From Candidatus Omnitrophota bacterium (GTDB lineage Bacteria; Omnitrophota; Gorgyraeia; Gygaellales; Profunditerraquicolaceae), in NCBI GenBank assembly GCA_026416665.1, contig JAOAET010000014.1:557-64556 (forward strand): 64,000 nt of DNA, in the 5' to 3' direction. Below are positions 26,170 to 36,455 of the stretch, one piece after another. Made by a program: the position numbers and the translations under genes. The notes below the pieces were generated by a model. It saw only the letters and a list, made by a program, of their open reading frames with translations. It did not search any database and was not told the DNA's origin. Each line of letters opens with the position of its first letter. Positions within the stretch are counted from its first letter, which is position 1.

Positions 26170-27921
26170 TTACTTTCGGTAGGTAGGTCGCGCTTTATAT
26201 CGTGTATGTAAAAGCTGGTGTGACTTCTGGCTCAACGGTTTTTCTAAGAATTCCTCATAGAGCCTTTTTATATAGGGATTTTGGTGAGAAAATCTTATTT
26301 GTTTTGAGGCATCGTCTTCGTATAAGGCCTGTGCCCGTTTGATTCTGAGTTCATCAGTAACCATATACGGCTGGCCACCTCCTCCGATACAACCTCCAGG
26401 ACACGCCATAACTTCTATAAAGTGATACGGCAAAGCAAGATTATCTCTTTTTGCCTGTCTTACTTTATTTAAAACAAATTCAACATTACTTAATCCATGA
26501 GCAACTGCTACACGAATTTTTTTAGCACCTATTTCTATCTCAGCCTCTTTTATCCCTTTTAGACCGCGCACTTGGTTAAATTCAACATTTTTTAGGTCTT
26601 TACCACAGATAAAATAGTGGGCTGTTCGTAACGCTGCCTCCATAACCCCACCAGTGGCACCAAAAATAACGCCGGCTCCTGAATATTCACCAAGTATTGA
26701 ATCTGCTTCTTCTTCCGGAAGATTCTCGAAATCAATTCCTGCTTGTTTAATCATCCGTGCAAGCTCCCTTGTACATAGAACGATATCTATATCTTGATAT
26801 CCTGAAGCAAACATTTCTTCACTACGGGATATCTCATATTTCTTTGATGTGCAGGGCATAATGGAAACCATCACAATCTTAGCAGGGTCAATCTTATTTT
26901 TCTGAGCATAATAAGTCTTGGATAACACACCTAAAATTTCATGAGGCGACTTACAGGAAGAGAAATGTTCTATCATATCCGTATGAAACTTCTCCATAAA
27001 GTCTACCCAAGAAGGGCAACAGGTAGTAATAAGCGGTAATGGTTTTTCTGCTTTTAAAAGCCTCTCCTCGAACTCACTTGCCTCTTCCATAATAGTTACA
27101 TCGGCAGCAAAGTTGGTATCAAACACCGCCTTAAAACCCAAACGACGTAAAAGTGCATAAAGCTTCTTGGTAAAATTTCTACCTGTATAACCGAATGCCT
27201 CACCAATAGAGGCACGAACAGCTGGAGCAATTTGAACTACACAATATTTCTCTGTATCCTGCAATGCCTCCCAGACCCGAGCAGTATGATCCTGCTCAAC
27301 AATTGCTCCGGTAGGACAATGTGCAGAACACTGTCCACATTTAACACAAGGTGAATCAGCTAATTGAATATCTCCAGCAGGTGATATCCGCGTATGAATT
27401 CCTCTTTCTAAAAACGATAATGCCCAAACATCCTGTAAATTTTGACAGACATGTACACAACGACCACACAGAATACACTTTTGTGGTTCTAAATCAACTG
27501 CGTTTGTAGAGATATCTTTAGGTATATCTCTTAAAAATTGTGGAAATGATTCAGCATTGATACCAAAATCAGCGGTTAACTTTTGCAATTCACAATTGTT
27601 ATTGCGGGCGCACTTTAAACAATCATTGGGGTGGTTAGAAAGAATCAATTCAATAACAGTGCGTCTTATCTCAACAATCTCTGGATCGTGGGTAATAACC
27701 TCCATTGCCTCCTCTAGAGGAGTACAGCAAGCACGTAACATCTTATTAGAACCTTTTACCTTAACAATACAAATCCCACAAGAAGCAGATGGCTCTAAAT
27801 CAGGATGTTTACATAAGGTAGGTATTTTTATCTGAACCTGTTTTGCTGCCTCAAGAATAGTGGTTCCCTCAGGAACCCTTAACAAAATCCCATTTATCTT
27901 TGCTTTTATTACCTTTGCCAT
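26170..27921 (-). CDS. hydA: [FeFe]-hydrogenase catalytic subunit (group A, HydA/HndD)
   Basis: H-cluster motifs TTCCPSW, MPCTSKKYE and EVMACPGGCIGGGGQP; N-terminal 2Fe-2S, His-ligated 4Fe-4S and 2x4Fe-4S domains. Confidence 0.95.
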   Translation of the reverse strand: MAKVIKAKINGILLRVPEGTTILEAAKQVQIKIPTLCKHPDLEPSASCGICIVKVKGSNKMLRACCTPLEEAMEVITHDPEIVEIRRTVIELILSNHPNDCLKCARNNNCELQKLTADFGINAESFPQFLRDIPKDISTNAVDLEPQKCILCGRCVHVCQNLQDVWALSFLERGIHTRISPAGDIQLADSPCVKCGQCSAHCPTGAIVEQDHTARVWEALQDTEKYCVVQIAPAVRASIGEAFGYTGRNFTKKLYALLRRLGFKAVFDTNFAADVTIMEEASEFEERLLKAEKPLPLITTCCPSWVDFMEKFHTDMIEHFSSCKSPHEILGVLSKTYYAQKNKIDPAKIVMVSIMPCTSKKYEISRSEEMFASGYQDIDIVLCTRELARMIKQAGIDFENLPEEEADSILGEYSGAGVIFGATGGVMEAALRTAHYFICGKDLKNVEFNQVRGLKGIKEAEIEIGAKKIRVAVAHGLSNVEFVLNKVRQAKRDNLALPYHFIEVMACPGGCIGGGGQPYMVTDELRIKRAQALYEDDASKQIRFSHQNPYIKRLYEEFLEKPLSQKSHQLLHTRYKARPTYRK

Positions 27922-27925
27922 ATTT

Positions 27926-29668
27926 TTATTTTCGAGCTATTGCCTTGAATTTACAAACCTCAAAACACCGTCCACATTTAATACAAGTATCAACATTAAT
28001 AGAAAAACCTGTCTCTCTACTACCTGCTATAGCTTTGACTGGACACTGATTTACACAGACTGTACACCGTTTACATTTCTCTTGGATAATCGTATAATTT
28101 AAAAGCTCTACACATTTTGCTGCGCGACAGTATCTTTCATCAATATGTTCTTTATATTCGTTTTCAAAATAACGCAGGGTAGAAAGAACGGGATTTGCTG
28201 CTGTTTGTCCTAGTCCACAAAGAGAAGCCTTTTGCATAGCAAAGGCTATACGTTTTAATAGCGATATATCAGCAGATTTACCTTTACCACTAGCAATACG
28301 CTCTAATACTTTAAGCATCTGAAAACCACCGATACGACACGGTGCACATTTACCACAAGATTCATCAACACAAAATCCAAGATAGAACCTAGCAATATCT
28401 ACCATACAGTCATCTTCGTCCATTACAATCATTCCACCTGAACCCATAATAGAACCTAGCTTCTGTAAATTTTCATAGTCAACTGGAGTATCTAAATATT
28501 CTTCAGGAACCACACCTCCAGACGGCCCACCTGTTTGAACAGCCTTTATAGGTTTTCCTGAGATAGTTCCACCCCCAATATCATAGACAATTTCGCGTAG
28601 AGTAATTCCCATCGGAACCTCTACCAACCCAGAATTTTTTACCTTTCCAGTCAAAGCAAAAACTTTTGTTCCTTTAGAAGTAGCTGTTCCAATCTTTGCG
28701 AAATTATCTGCTCCCTCTAAAATAATATAGGGCACATTAGCAAGGGTCTCTACATTATTTATTGCTGTAGGTTTGTCCCAAAGCCCTTTTACTGAAGGAT
28801 AAGGTGGTCTTGGTCGGGGTGTACCTCGTTTACCTTCTATAGAAGCAATAAGCGCTGTTTCTTCTCCACAAACAAAAGCACCAGCTCCCAGACGAATTTC
28901 TATATCAAAATCAAAATCCGTCCCTAAAATACTTTTCCCTAGTAACCCATATTCATATGCCTGACTAATAGCTAAACGAATACGTTCCACCGCTAAAGGA
29001 TATTCCGCCCGAATATAAAAATACCCACGAGAAGCACCTATGGTATAGGCAGCAATTATTAAGCCTTCTACTACTGAATGTGGATCACCTTCTAACACTG
29101 ACCTATCCATATACGCACCAGGGTCTCCTTCATCTGCATTACAGATAACATATTTTTGTTCTGCGGTGACCTGGCGTGTAAATTTCCATTTTAACCAAGT
29201 AGGGTATCCGGCACCACCTCTTCCGCGCAGTCCAGATTTTTTCATCTCCTCAATTACTGCGTCTGGTGTCATCTCCAACAGAACCTTTTTCAAAGCAAGA
29301 TATCCACCTTTAGCAATATAATCCTCTATTGACTCGGGATTTATCCTACCACAATTACGTAAGACAATGCGTAGCTGTTTAGAAGGTTTCTTATAAAGTA
29401 AGTCTTCTATAACTTTTGATTCTTTTATCGTGGTATCAATAATACGTGAAAAATCTTCTTCTTTTACATTGGCATAAAGGACATTGTCAGGAAGGATTTC
29501 TATTACAATACCCTGGTTATAAATGCCGATATCCGCAACACGAACTACCTGCACTTGGTCTTGAAGATTGTGATTACGTATTAGGTCAATAAAAACACTA
29601 TAAACTTGACGAGTTCTTTCTTCAGTGTCGGCACCTGTATCTTTTAAAAAAACTGTTTTGGTGTACAT
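27926..29668 (-). CDS. hydB: NuoF-like NADH/FMN-binding hydrogenase subunit (HydB/HndC)
   Basis: [42 protein letters not shown] and a C-terminal 2x4Fe-4S domain. Confidence 0.92.
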   Translation of the reverse strand: MYTKTVFLKDTGADTEERTRQVYSVFIDLIRNHNLQDQVQVVRVADIGIYNQGIVIEILPDNVLYANVKEEDFSRIIDTTIKESKVIEDLLYKKPSKQLRIVLRNCGRINPESIEDYIAKGGYLALKKVLLEMTPDAVIEEMKKSGLRGRGGAGYPTWLKWKFTRQVTAEQKYVICNADEGDPGAYMDRSVLEGDPHSVVEGLIIAAYTIGASRGYFYIRAEYPLAVERIRLAISQAYEYGLLGKSILGTDFDFDIEIRLGAGAFVCGEETALIASIEGKRGTPRPRPPYPSVKGLWDKPTAINNVETLANVPYIILEGADNFAKIGTATSKGTKVFALTGKVKNSGLVEVPMGITLREIVYDIGGGTISGKPIKAVQTGGPSGGVVPEEYLDTPVDYENLQKLGSIMGSGGMIVMDEDDCMVDIARFYLGFCVDESCGKCAPCRIGGFQMLKVLERIASGKGKSADISLLKRIAFAMQKASLCGLGQTAANPVLSTLRYFENEYKEHIDERYCRAAKCVELLNYTIIQEKCKRCTVCVNQCPVKAIAGSRETGFSINVDTCIKCGRCFEVCKFKAIARK

Positions 29669-29670
29669 TG

Positions 29671-30021
29671 TTATTCTACTTGAAAAGTAAAAATATAATC
29701 ATTTACTAACATCTTGGAAACAACGTGTTTTTCCAGTATCTTCAAAGCAACTTCAGGATTCACTTTTCCATAAATAACTGTGGGAACACCCTCTACCTGA
29801 ACCTCCACCAGGGGCTCAGCATAACACATTCCTAAACAACCACATTTTTCCACAGAAACAGGCAACCCACGTTTTGATACTTCTTCTTTTAATACTGAAT
29901 AAACTTGCTGTGCACCAGCAGCAATACCACAGGAAGACATACCCACACGAATTAAATTACCTTGCTGCTGCTTTTTCTGTTTATGTAACTGCTCTAATTT
30001 TTGCGGAGTCAACTTTTCCAT
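29671..30021 (-). CDS. Thioredoxin-like (2Fe-2S) ferredoxin subunit (HydD/HndB)
   Basis: [12 protein letters not shown]...[14 protein letters not shown]. Confidence 0.85.
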   Translation of the reverse strand: MEKLTPQKLEQLHKQKKQQQGNLIRVGMSSCGIAAGAQQVYSVLKEEVSKRGLPVSVEKCGCLGMCYAEPLVEVQVEGVPTVIYGKVNPEVALKILEKHVVSKMLVNDYIFTFQVE

Positions 30022-30052
30022 TTAACTTATCAAAAACTTAATTTAAAATAAT

Positions 30053-30526
30053 CTACTCTTTGACATAGCTAGAAAGGATATCCATTATATCTTGTTTTCT
30101 TACTTTTCCGTAGACTTTATCATCAATCATCATTACTGGTGCTAAACCACAGCATCCTAAACAGCGCACAACATTAAGTTGAAAATTCCCATCTTTGGTT
30201 GTTTGCCCCTCTTCAATATGCAATATATTTTTTATCTCTTTAATAAGCTCTGGAGCACCCTTAAGATAACAGGCAGTTCCCATACACACACTAATACGAT
30301 GTTTACCCGGTGCGGAAAGTTTAAAATAGTTATAAAAGGTAAGCACTTCATAAATACGTGCTAGAGGGATATCTAAAAGTGCAGAGACATCTAAAGCTAC
30401 CTGACGCGGCACATAGCCGTGGTGATTCTGTATCTCATGGAGAATCATAATAAGATTCCCCTCTTTATCTTTCCATCTCTCTACTAACTGTTTTACCTCA
30501 TCAGTTAATAAGGTATGTCTTTCCAT
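30053..30526 (-). CDS. hydC: NuoE-like 2Fe-2S hydrogenase subunit (HydC/HndA)
   Basis: VCMGTACYLKG and RCLGCCGLAPVM. Confidence 0.92.
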   Translation of the reverse strand: MERHTLLTDEVKQLVERWKDKEGNLIMILHEIQNHHGYVPRQVALDVSALLDIPLARIYEVLTFYNYFKLSAPGKHRISVCMGTACYLKGAPELIKEIKNILHIEEGQTTKDGNFQLNVVRCLGCCGLAPVMMIDDKVYGKVRKQDIMDILSSYVKE

Positions 30527-30701
30527 ATAAATCCTTCTTTAAACAAAAAATTAATGATAAATTATAGAAATATAAATTTAGCATAACTGAGAAAAAAATC
30601 AAGTTTTTTGTTCGCAAGGAAAAATAGATAGGGCTTGTTCTCTTTGCTAATTATAAATGTTTTTTTGTTTTCCTTAGATTTGTCAAGCTGATACTTATAT
30701 C

Positions 30702-30738
30702 AAAAAAAAGGCGCCTTTTTAAAATAGAAAAGACGCCT
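30702..30738 (-). terminator. Intrinsic terminator after the glutamate-synthase-family gene
   Basis: Minus strand reads AGGCGTCTTTT-loop-AAAAGGCGCCT followed by a T run. Confidence 0.75.
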
Positions 30739-30756
30739 CTGTTATAACCAAATACT

Positions 30757-32397
30757 TTAAGATTTTAAAATCCTTTTGGCTACCTTGTCCCCTACCTCAG
30801 TAATAAAAGGTATACCTGTTTCTTTTTCGGTTTCACGGTTACAAGAAGCTATATCTTCTCTTGATATTTCCTTAATAGAGAATTTTCTTGCTCCAGCCAG
30901 CAATTGTTGGACACCCGCAGCTAACTTATCCGCTAATGTCCAGACGGCAATAGCTCCATAAGGAATATTTTTCATTTCGTCCTTACCAACCTTCTTCTGC
31001 ACGTCATAATAACCAGCAAATATCGCTTCGGCAGAGGAACCAAACTCTGCCACAGCAGGAGGCAATTTCTCCCAATTTCCTTTAACTTTTTCTTTTCTTT
31101 CAGGATGAAGTACTCCTTCAATATTTGCTCCCAAAAATCCCGGAATCATTAAAGCTCTACCCATACAGACAAGTTTGGTATAAGGAGCACCTAGGGCAAG
31201 TGCCTTAAAAATATGATCTTCTCTTGCAAAACCACCAGCAAAAGCCATATCCACAGGTTTTTTGTCTTTTTTCGCTAATAAAGAGGCGTATTCATATGCC
31301 TTGGCATGTAAAAAGATAGAAGGCACACCCCAAGTTTGCATCATATTCCACGGTGACATTCCTGTTCCGCCACCCGAACCGTCAATAGTTAGAAGATCAA
31401 GCTTCAAGTCAGTGGCAAATTTTATTGCCATTGCCAAGGCCTCCATACCATAAGAGCCAGTTTTTAATGAGATTCGTTTATATCCAAGTTTACGTAAATA
31501 TTTGACTTGTTTAGAAAGATTTTCATAAACATCTTCCCAAGAAGAACAATTAGTGTAACCCAAGCGGGAGTGTCTGGCAAAAGATTTAATTGCTCCTGAC
31601 TTAAATGCCTCTTGCACTTCAGGTAGCGTTGGATCAGGATCAACCACATAGCCGCGTTTTTTAAGAAATAACGCATACTCTAAGTCCGTAACTTGAATTT
31701 CTCCTCCTATATCTTTTGCACCTTGTCCCCACTTAAGTTCCATAATTACTTTATCAGCGTATTTTTCAATAACATACTCGGCTACACCATTTCTTGTATC
31801 TTCTACATTCATTTGAACGAGGATTGCTCCATAGCCATCAAAATATCGTAAGTAAGTTTGAATCCTACGGTCCAATTCAGGGGCTTTAAGGATTTTACCA
31901 TTTTTTATCTCAGCTTGACGGTCAATGCCCACTACGTTTTCTCCTACCACAATAGGAAACCCTACTAAACTGGCACCAACTGCAAAAGATTCCCAGTATT
32001 TGGCAGCAATAAAAGTTGAACCTAAAGCACCAGTCATTATCGGTACTCTTACTTTTGTCTTAACACTGGCACCAAACTCCGTTTCCAAACTAACATTGGG
32101 AAAAATACAATCATCTTCACAATTGGATAATCCCTTCGGTAATCCCTGGGCACCGTAGAGATAACCATTTATCCTCAAAGAGTTGTATGATACCCCCAAA
32201 TGAACAGTGTTATCTGCTCCTGCAGTAACAAAACCAAAATCCCTTGGGTAAATTAACTTTCGACCACGTAAAGAAGAAAGCCATGTTTCACATTTACCCA
32301 TACAGTCGGCACGGCATAAGGTACAAAGTCCTGATTCTGCGGGATTACCCCGATTAACTGTTCCCAAGACATCATTAGATTTTGGCCATGAAATCAT
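30757..32397 (-). CDS. Stand-alone FMN-binding glutamate synthase family protein
   Basis: ELKWGQGAKDIGGE, TIDGSGGGTGMSP and KALALGA; N-terminal CTLCRADCMGKC. Confidence 0.85.
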   Translation of the reverse strand: MISWPKSNDVLGTVNRGNPAESGLCTLCRADCMGKCETWLSSLRGRKLIYPRDFGFVTAGADNTVHLGVSYNSLRINGYLYGAQGLPKGLSNCEDDCIFPNVSLETEFGASVKTKVRVPIMTGALGSTFIAAKYWESFAVGASLVGFPIVVGENVVGIDRQAEIKNGKILKAPELDRRIQTYLRYFDGYGAILVQMNVEDTRNGVAEYVIEKYADKVIMELKWGQGAKDIGGEIQVTDLEYALFLKKRGYVVDPDPTLPEVQEAFKSGAIKSFARHSRLGYTNCSSWEDVYENLSKQVKYLRKLGYKRISLKTGSYGMEALAMAIKFATDLKLDLLTIDGSGGGTGMSPWNMMQTWGVPSIFLHAKAYEYASLLAKKDKKPVDMAFAGGFAREDHIFKALALGAPYTKLVCMGRALMIPGFLGANIEGVLHPERKEKVKGNWEKLPPAVAEFGSSAEAIFAGYYDVQKKVGKDEMKNIPYGAIAVWTLADKLAAGVQQLLAGARKFSIKEISREDIASCNRETEKETGIPFITEVGDKVAKRILKS

Positions 32398-32515
32398 CTC
32401 GCCTCCTTTGTTATCAAGTCCCTAAGACAGATAAAATAAAAAGTTTTACTTTAACCATAATAGTTTGACGCTTTTATTTTTTTATTTTTTTATTTTTTAT
32501 TTTCTAATTTTTTAA

Positions 32516-32543
32516 ACAATAACATAAAGTTGTAATATGTCAA
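32516..32543 (-). promoter_or_regulatory. Putative sigma70 promoter
   Basis: TTGACA-16 bp-TATTGT with an extended TG. Confidence 0.5.
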
Positions 32544-32551
32544 GTTTTTTG

Positions 32552-33526
32552 TTAATTACTAATTAATTTTCTTATCGCATTTTCCACCTCATCCACAGTA
32601 ATTCGTTGTAAACATTCTTGACTTTGAAAAGGACAAAATGGCTTCTCACAGGGTCTGCATTGCAGTTGACTTTTTACAACTATTGACTGAGCAGACCATG
32701 GCCCATAACGCTGTTCAGAAGTAGGACCAAAGATTGTTACTACAGCAAGGTCAAGATAACTAGCCAGATGAGAAATTGCGCTGTCATTGGTAACTACCAC
32801 CTTACAACGACTTAATAAATAAGCTGTCTGTCTTAAGTTAGTGCAAGCAGTAAGATCAACGAATTCAACACTACTATATTGCTTAACCTGGGCACTTATT
32901 GGAATATCTTGCTGGTCTCCAATTAGAATAATGCGGGCATTATATTTTTTAGTTAATCTTTCTGCTAACTGAGCATAATTATGGCTTGACCAACGTTTTA
33001 AACTACTACGACTTCCACAAGCAAAAGCAATTAATATATCTTTTAATGTATTTTGACATTGACCAAGTAACTTATCAACATACTCTTTGTCATCTTCAGA
33101 GAAAATAGGCATTTTACTTTGCATACTTTCCTGTTCTGTAAAAAACTCCTTTCCTAAAGCAGACAATTTATAGAGATGGCGCTGACTCATATGCATAATA
33201 TTTTTAGGAATCCGTAAAAAAGGTGATGTTTTTTTGGGTGCTTTTATTAACCAACCAAAAAGACTATTCCTTAAATCAACCACAACGTCAAAACGTTTTT
33301 TCTGTAATTGTTGCAATATTTGCATCTGATAGACAAAACCTTTGTGCTTTTCATAAGGTATGATATGCTTTACTTGAGGAATTTCTTTAAACAATTCTGC
33401 AGCTCTATACCCACAAAGTACAGTAAAATTTACTTGATTAAGAACCTGGGATAATCTATTCAATACCGGAAGTGTTAAGATTACATCCCCAACATTAGTA
33501 AGCGTTATAAAAAGAATCTCTTGCAT
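32552..33526 (-). CDS. GT9 LPS heptosyltransferase
   Basis: NVGDVILTLP, KRW, TNDSAISHLA and IFGPT. Confidence 0.88.
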   Translation of the reverse strand: MQEILFITLTNVGDVILTLPVLNRLSQVLNQVNFTVLCGYRAAELFKEIPQVKHIIPYEKHKGFVYQMQILQQLQKKRFDVVVDLRNSLFGWLIKAPKKTSPFLRIPKNIMHMSQRHLYKLSALGKEFFTEQESMQSKMPIFSEDDKEYVDKLLGQCQNTLKDILIAFACGSRSSLKRWSSHNYAQLAERLTKKYNARIILIGDQQDIPISAQVKQYSSVEFVDLTACTNLRQTAYLLSRCKVVVTNDSAISHLASYLDLAVVTIFGPTSEQRYGPWSAQSIVVKSQLQCRPCEKPFCPFQSQECLQRITVDEVENAIRKLISN

Positions 33527-33536
33527 ATTACAGCAT

Positions 33537-34577
33537 TTAGCATTTAGCTAGCAACTTTTGCACTGTCTGCCAAACTTGATCTACGGTAATCGCTTTCATA
33601 CAACGGTAATCTTTACAGGATAGATTATAACAGGGTAAAGAACAACCAATTTTTTTCTGTAAAATTACAACTCTATCTAATGGATAGGGGCCAGTTAAAG
33701 AAGGATCGGTTGGCCCGAATAAGGCAATTATGCGGGGACAACCGCAGGCATTGGCAATATGCAAAGGGCCTGAATCAGCACTAATAAAAAGAGTTGAAAC
33801 CCTTGTTAAAACTCCAAATTGCTTAAGTGAAAGCTTACCACTTGCAATAATAGGGCTACTTGCCATCTTTTGCGCAATTTCCTCTGCCAGGGGTAACTCA
33901 GTGTTACTGCCAGTAATAATTATTTTTGCCTTATAAGTTTTTATTATGCGGTCAGCTAGTTCCGCATAATAACCAATAGGCCAGCGTTTAGGCTGCCAGT
34001 TTCCACCTGGATGGATAGTGACAATTAAATCTTCTTCTCCTAACCCTTGTTTTTTTAAAAATTCCTCTGTCTGCTTTATATCTTCATCTTTACAGTTAAA
34101 TTCTAAGAAACGGTCTATTATGGTAAGACCTGCTTTATGAAAAAGATTTAAATAATAATCGATTCGGTGAGTAGTCAAAATATCAGGAGCAACAAAACGT
34201 TGCGTAAGTAAAAATCCACCTTTTTTAGAGTAGTAACCAATACGGTTAGGTATACCTGCCAGAAAAACTAATAACTTCCTTGTAAAGGAACGATGCAACA
34301 AGAAACAAGTATCAAAATGTTTCTTACGAAGATAACTGACAAAACGTAATTTTCCAATTACGCCTTTATGCTCTTTGTCCTCATCGAAAACAATTATCTC
34401 GTCTATATTGGGATTACACTCCAATACTTGCTTGCAGCGCGGTGGCACTATACAAGCAATAAAACTTTGGGGATAGTTATAACGTAGTGTTCTAAAACAA
34501 GCAGTAGAAAACAAAACGTCACCTATCCAATTGACGTTAAACACTAAAATGCGCTGAGGAAAGTTTTGTCTATCCAT
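33537..34577 (-). CDS. waaF: LPS heptosyltransferase II (GT9)
   Basis: NWIGDVLF, HPGGNWQPKRWP, DSGPLHIA and LFGPTDP. Confidence 0.85.
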   Translation of the reverse strand: MDRQNFPQRILVFNVNWIGDVLFSTACFRTLRYNYPQSFIACIVPPRCKQVLECNPNIDEIIVFDEDKEHKGVIGKLRFVSYLRKKHFDTCFLLHRSFTRKLLVFLAGIPNRIGYYSKKGGFLLTQRFVAPDILTTHRIDYYLNLFHKAGLTIIDRFLEFNCKDEDIKQTEEFLKKQGLGEEDLIVTIHPGGNWQPKRWPIGYYAELADRIIKTYKAKIIITGSNTELPLAEEIAQKMASSPIIASGKLSLKQFGVLTRVSTLFISADSGPLHIANACGCPRIIALFGPTDPSLTGPYPLDRVVILQKKIGCSLPCYNLSCKDYRCMKAITVDQVWQTVQKLLAKC

Positions 34578-35364
34578 TTTTCCCAGTCTGTAGACTCCTA
34601 AACATGTTATAGTAACCGCTTGTTTTGAACCAAAATAAAAAGAGATTAGATGCTGTCTCAGAAATACGTATTCTTCTTAACGCAAAAAAATCATAAGGGC
34701 AGTAATATCTGGTGGGCTTGGAAGCCACAGCCAAAAGATACCCTTTTTCCTGAACCATTTTTTTTATCTTCTGATTAAACCTACCAAAAGGATAAGCAAA
34801 AGCAATCACAGGCTTACCTAAGATATCTTCAAGTTGATTCTTGGAATCACATATTTCCTGCATAATTTTTTCTTCGTCGTTTAATTCAGTTAAATACGGA
34901 TGGCTTAAAGTATGACTACCAAAGCTTACCAGCCCTGAATCCTGCATCTGACGTATCTGCTCTTCTGTTAAAAAACCAGGTTTTCCTATGGCATCTACAA
35001 TTAAGAAGACAGTTACCGGTATCTGATATTTTTTAATGATTGGAAACGCATAGATGAAATTATCTTCATGTCCATCGTCAAACGTAATTGCTACTGTTTT
35101 TAAAGGCAACCTTTTTTTATTCCTTAAATAATCAACAACTTCTTCTAAAGTAAGTACCCTATAATTATTCCGAACCAAGAATGACATTTGACGCTCAAAA
35201 CTTGCTACAGAGACAGAAATTCTATCGTGTCTTTCTACTTCCGGCTTTATGGAGTGATACATAAGAATAGGTATAACATATTGGCTGCGCAAGAATACAA
35301 TGGTAGAAAGTATAATTACTAAAAATAAGCCTAAAAAGAAAAATTTCTTTTTTTCTCTAAACAT
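34570..35364 (-). CDS. Polysaccharide deacetylase (CE4)
   Basis: PILMYH, TFDDG, GSHTLSHP and FAYPFG. Confidence 0.9.
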   Translation of the reverse strand: MFREKKKFFFLGLFLVIILSTIVFLRSQYVIPILMYHSIKPEVERHDRISVSVASFERQMSFLVRNNYRVLTLEEVVDYLRNKKRLPLKTVAITFDDGHEDNFIYAFPIIKKYQIPVTVFLIVDAIGKPGFLTEEQIRQMQDSGLVSFGSHTLSHPYLTELNDEEKIMQEICDSKNQLEDILGKPVIAFAYPFGRFNQKIKKMVQEKGYLLAVASKPTRYYCPYDFFALRRIRISETASNLFLFWFKTSGYYNMFRSLQTGKNG

Positions 35365-36449
35365 AATCTGTATACCTTTTCTGTTTCTTCCACCATCTTG
35401 TCTGTGGAAAAATTGTCTGTTATAAACTTTTGTGCATTTCTTCCCATAATTGCTGCCTCAACCGGATGTGTAAGAATATATTGTAACGCCTCTGCCAGCG
35501 CTTGACTATTTTGCGGCTGAACCAATAAGCCGTTTTCTTTATTTTTTATAAGATTACGAATTCCTCCAACATCTGAACCGATTACCGGTTTTGCCCAAGC
35601 CATTGCCTCCATAAGGCTTAAACCTAACCCCTCTTTAAGTGAGGGCATAACAAATACATCTATACAATAAAAGACCTTCCAGATATCTCTTATATTTCCT
35701 AAAAATTTTACTCTGGTAGACAGCCCTAGTGTTTCTACCTTTTGTTCTAATAAGGGTCTGATTCGTCCCTCTCCCACAATTAAAAGCTGAGCTTCGGGGA
35801 ATTCTTTTTGTATTTGCCCAAAGGCCTCCAATAAGTAGATATGGCCTTTTACCTCAGAAAGACGTCCGATAATCCCTATAACTGGCCCTTCCATTAGTCC
35901 AAGTTGCTTTTTTGCCTTACACTGGGAAACGTTTTCTTTTAGACGAATACGTTCCATATCAATGGCATTATAGATTAGGTAGACTCTATCCTCAGATGCA
36001 GACATTTCTTTAATCAGATGTTTTTTCACTGCTTCGCTGACAGCTATGACAGCATCAGGCCAACAAGGAAATAAACGCCGACCAAGACGATTCTTAAAAA
36101 ACCCATGCCAAGTACTTACATGGGCAACCTTAAATCTTTTAGATAATAAATACCCTAAAACTTGAGTAACTCGTGTATTGGAGTGAATAACTTCTATATT
36201 GTACTGCCTGATAAAACGCCTTAATATCCAAAAGCTTCTTCCTAATTTTAACAAGTTTACTTCGCACTTTGTGTTTATAGGAATAGGAATAAAAATTGCC
36301 CCTTGCTCTGTAAAAGAAATAGCTCCTTCACCGAAATTAGCCGCAATATAAACTGAATGTCGCCTTAGCTTTAAACCTTTAATAATGGTCAAAAGATAGC
36401 TTGTAATGCCACCAATATTTAGGTGATTAGTAAGAAAAAGTATGTTCAT
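35331..36449 (-). CDS. GT4 glycosyltransferase
   Basis: GRLSEVKGH and PSLKEGLGLSLMEAMA. Confidence 0.9.
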   Translation of the reverse strand: MNILFLTNHLNIGGITSYLLTIIKGLKLRRHSVYIAANFGEGAISFTEQGAIFIPIPINTKCEVNLLKLGRSFWILRRFIRQYNIEVIHSNTRVTQVLGYLLSKRFKVAHVSTWHGFFKNRLGRRLFPCWPDAVIAVSEAVKKHLIKEMSASEDRVYLIYNAIDMERIRLKENVSQCKAKKQLGLMEGPVIGIIGRLSEVKGHIYLLEAFGQIQKEFPEAQLLIVGEGRIRPLLEQKVETLGLSTRVKFLGNIRDIWKVFYCIDVFVMPSLKEGLGLSLMEAMAWAKPVIGSDVGGIRNLIKNKENGLLVQPQNSQALAEALQYILTHPVEAAIMGRNAQKFITDNFSTDKMVEETEKVYRLCLEKKRNFSF

Positions 36450-36455
36450 AATATT

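Noticed and set aside
27926-30526. nuoE/nuoF of respiratory complex I
   Set aside because: They are contiguous with an H-cluster hydA, and no membrane nuo genes are present.
32398-32470. Riboswitch in the leader of the glutamate-synthase-family gene
   Set aside because: I could not recognise an aptamer consensus or stable stems by eye; an Rfam scan would be needed.
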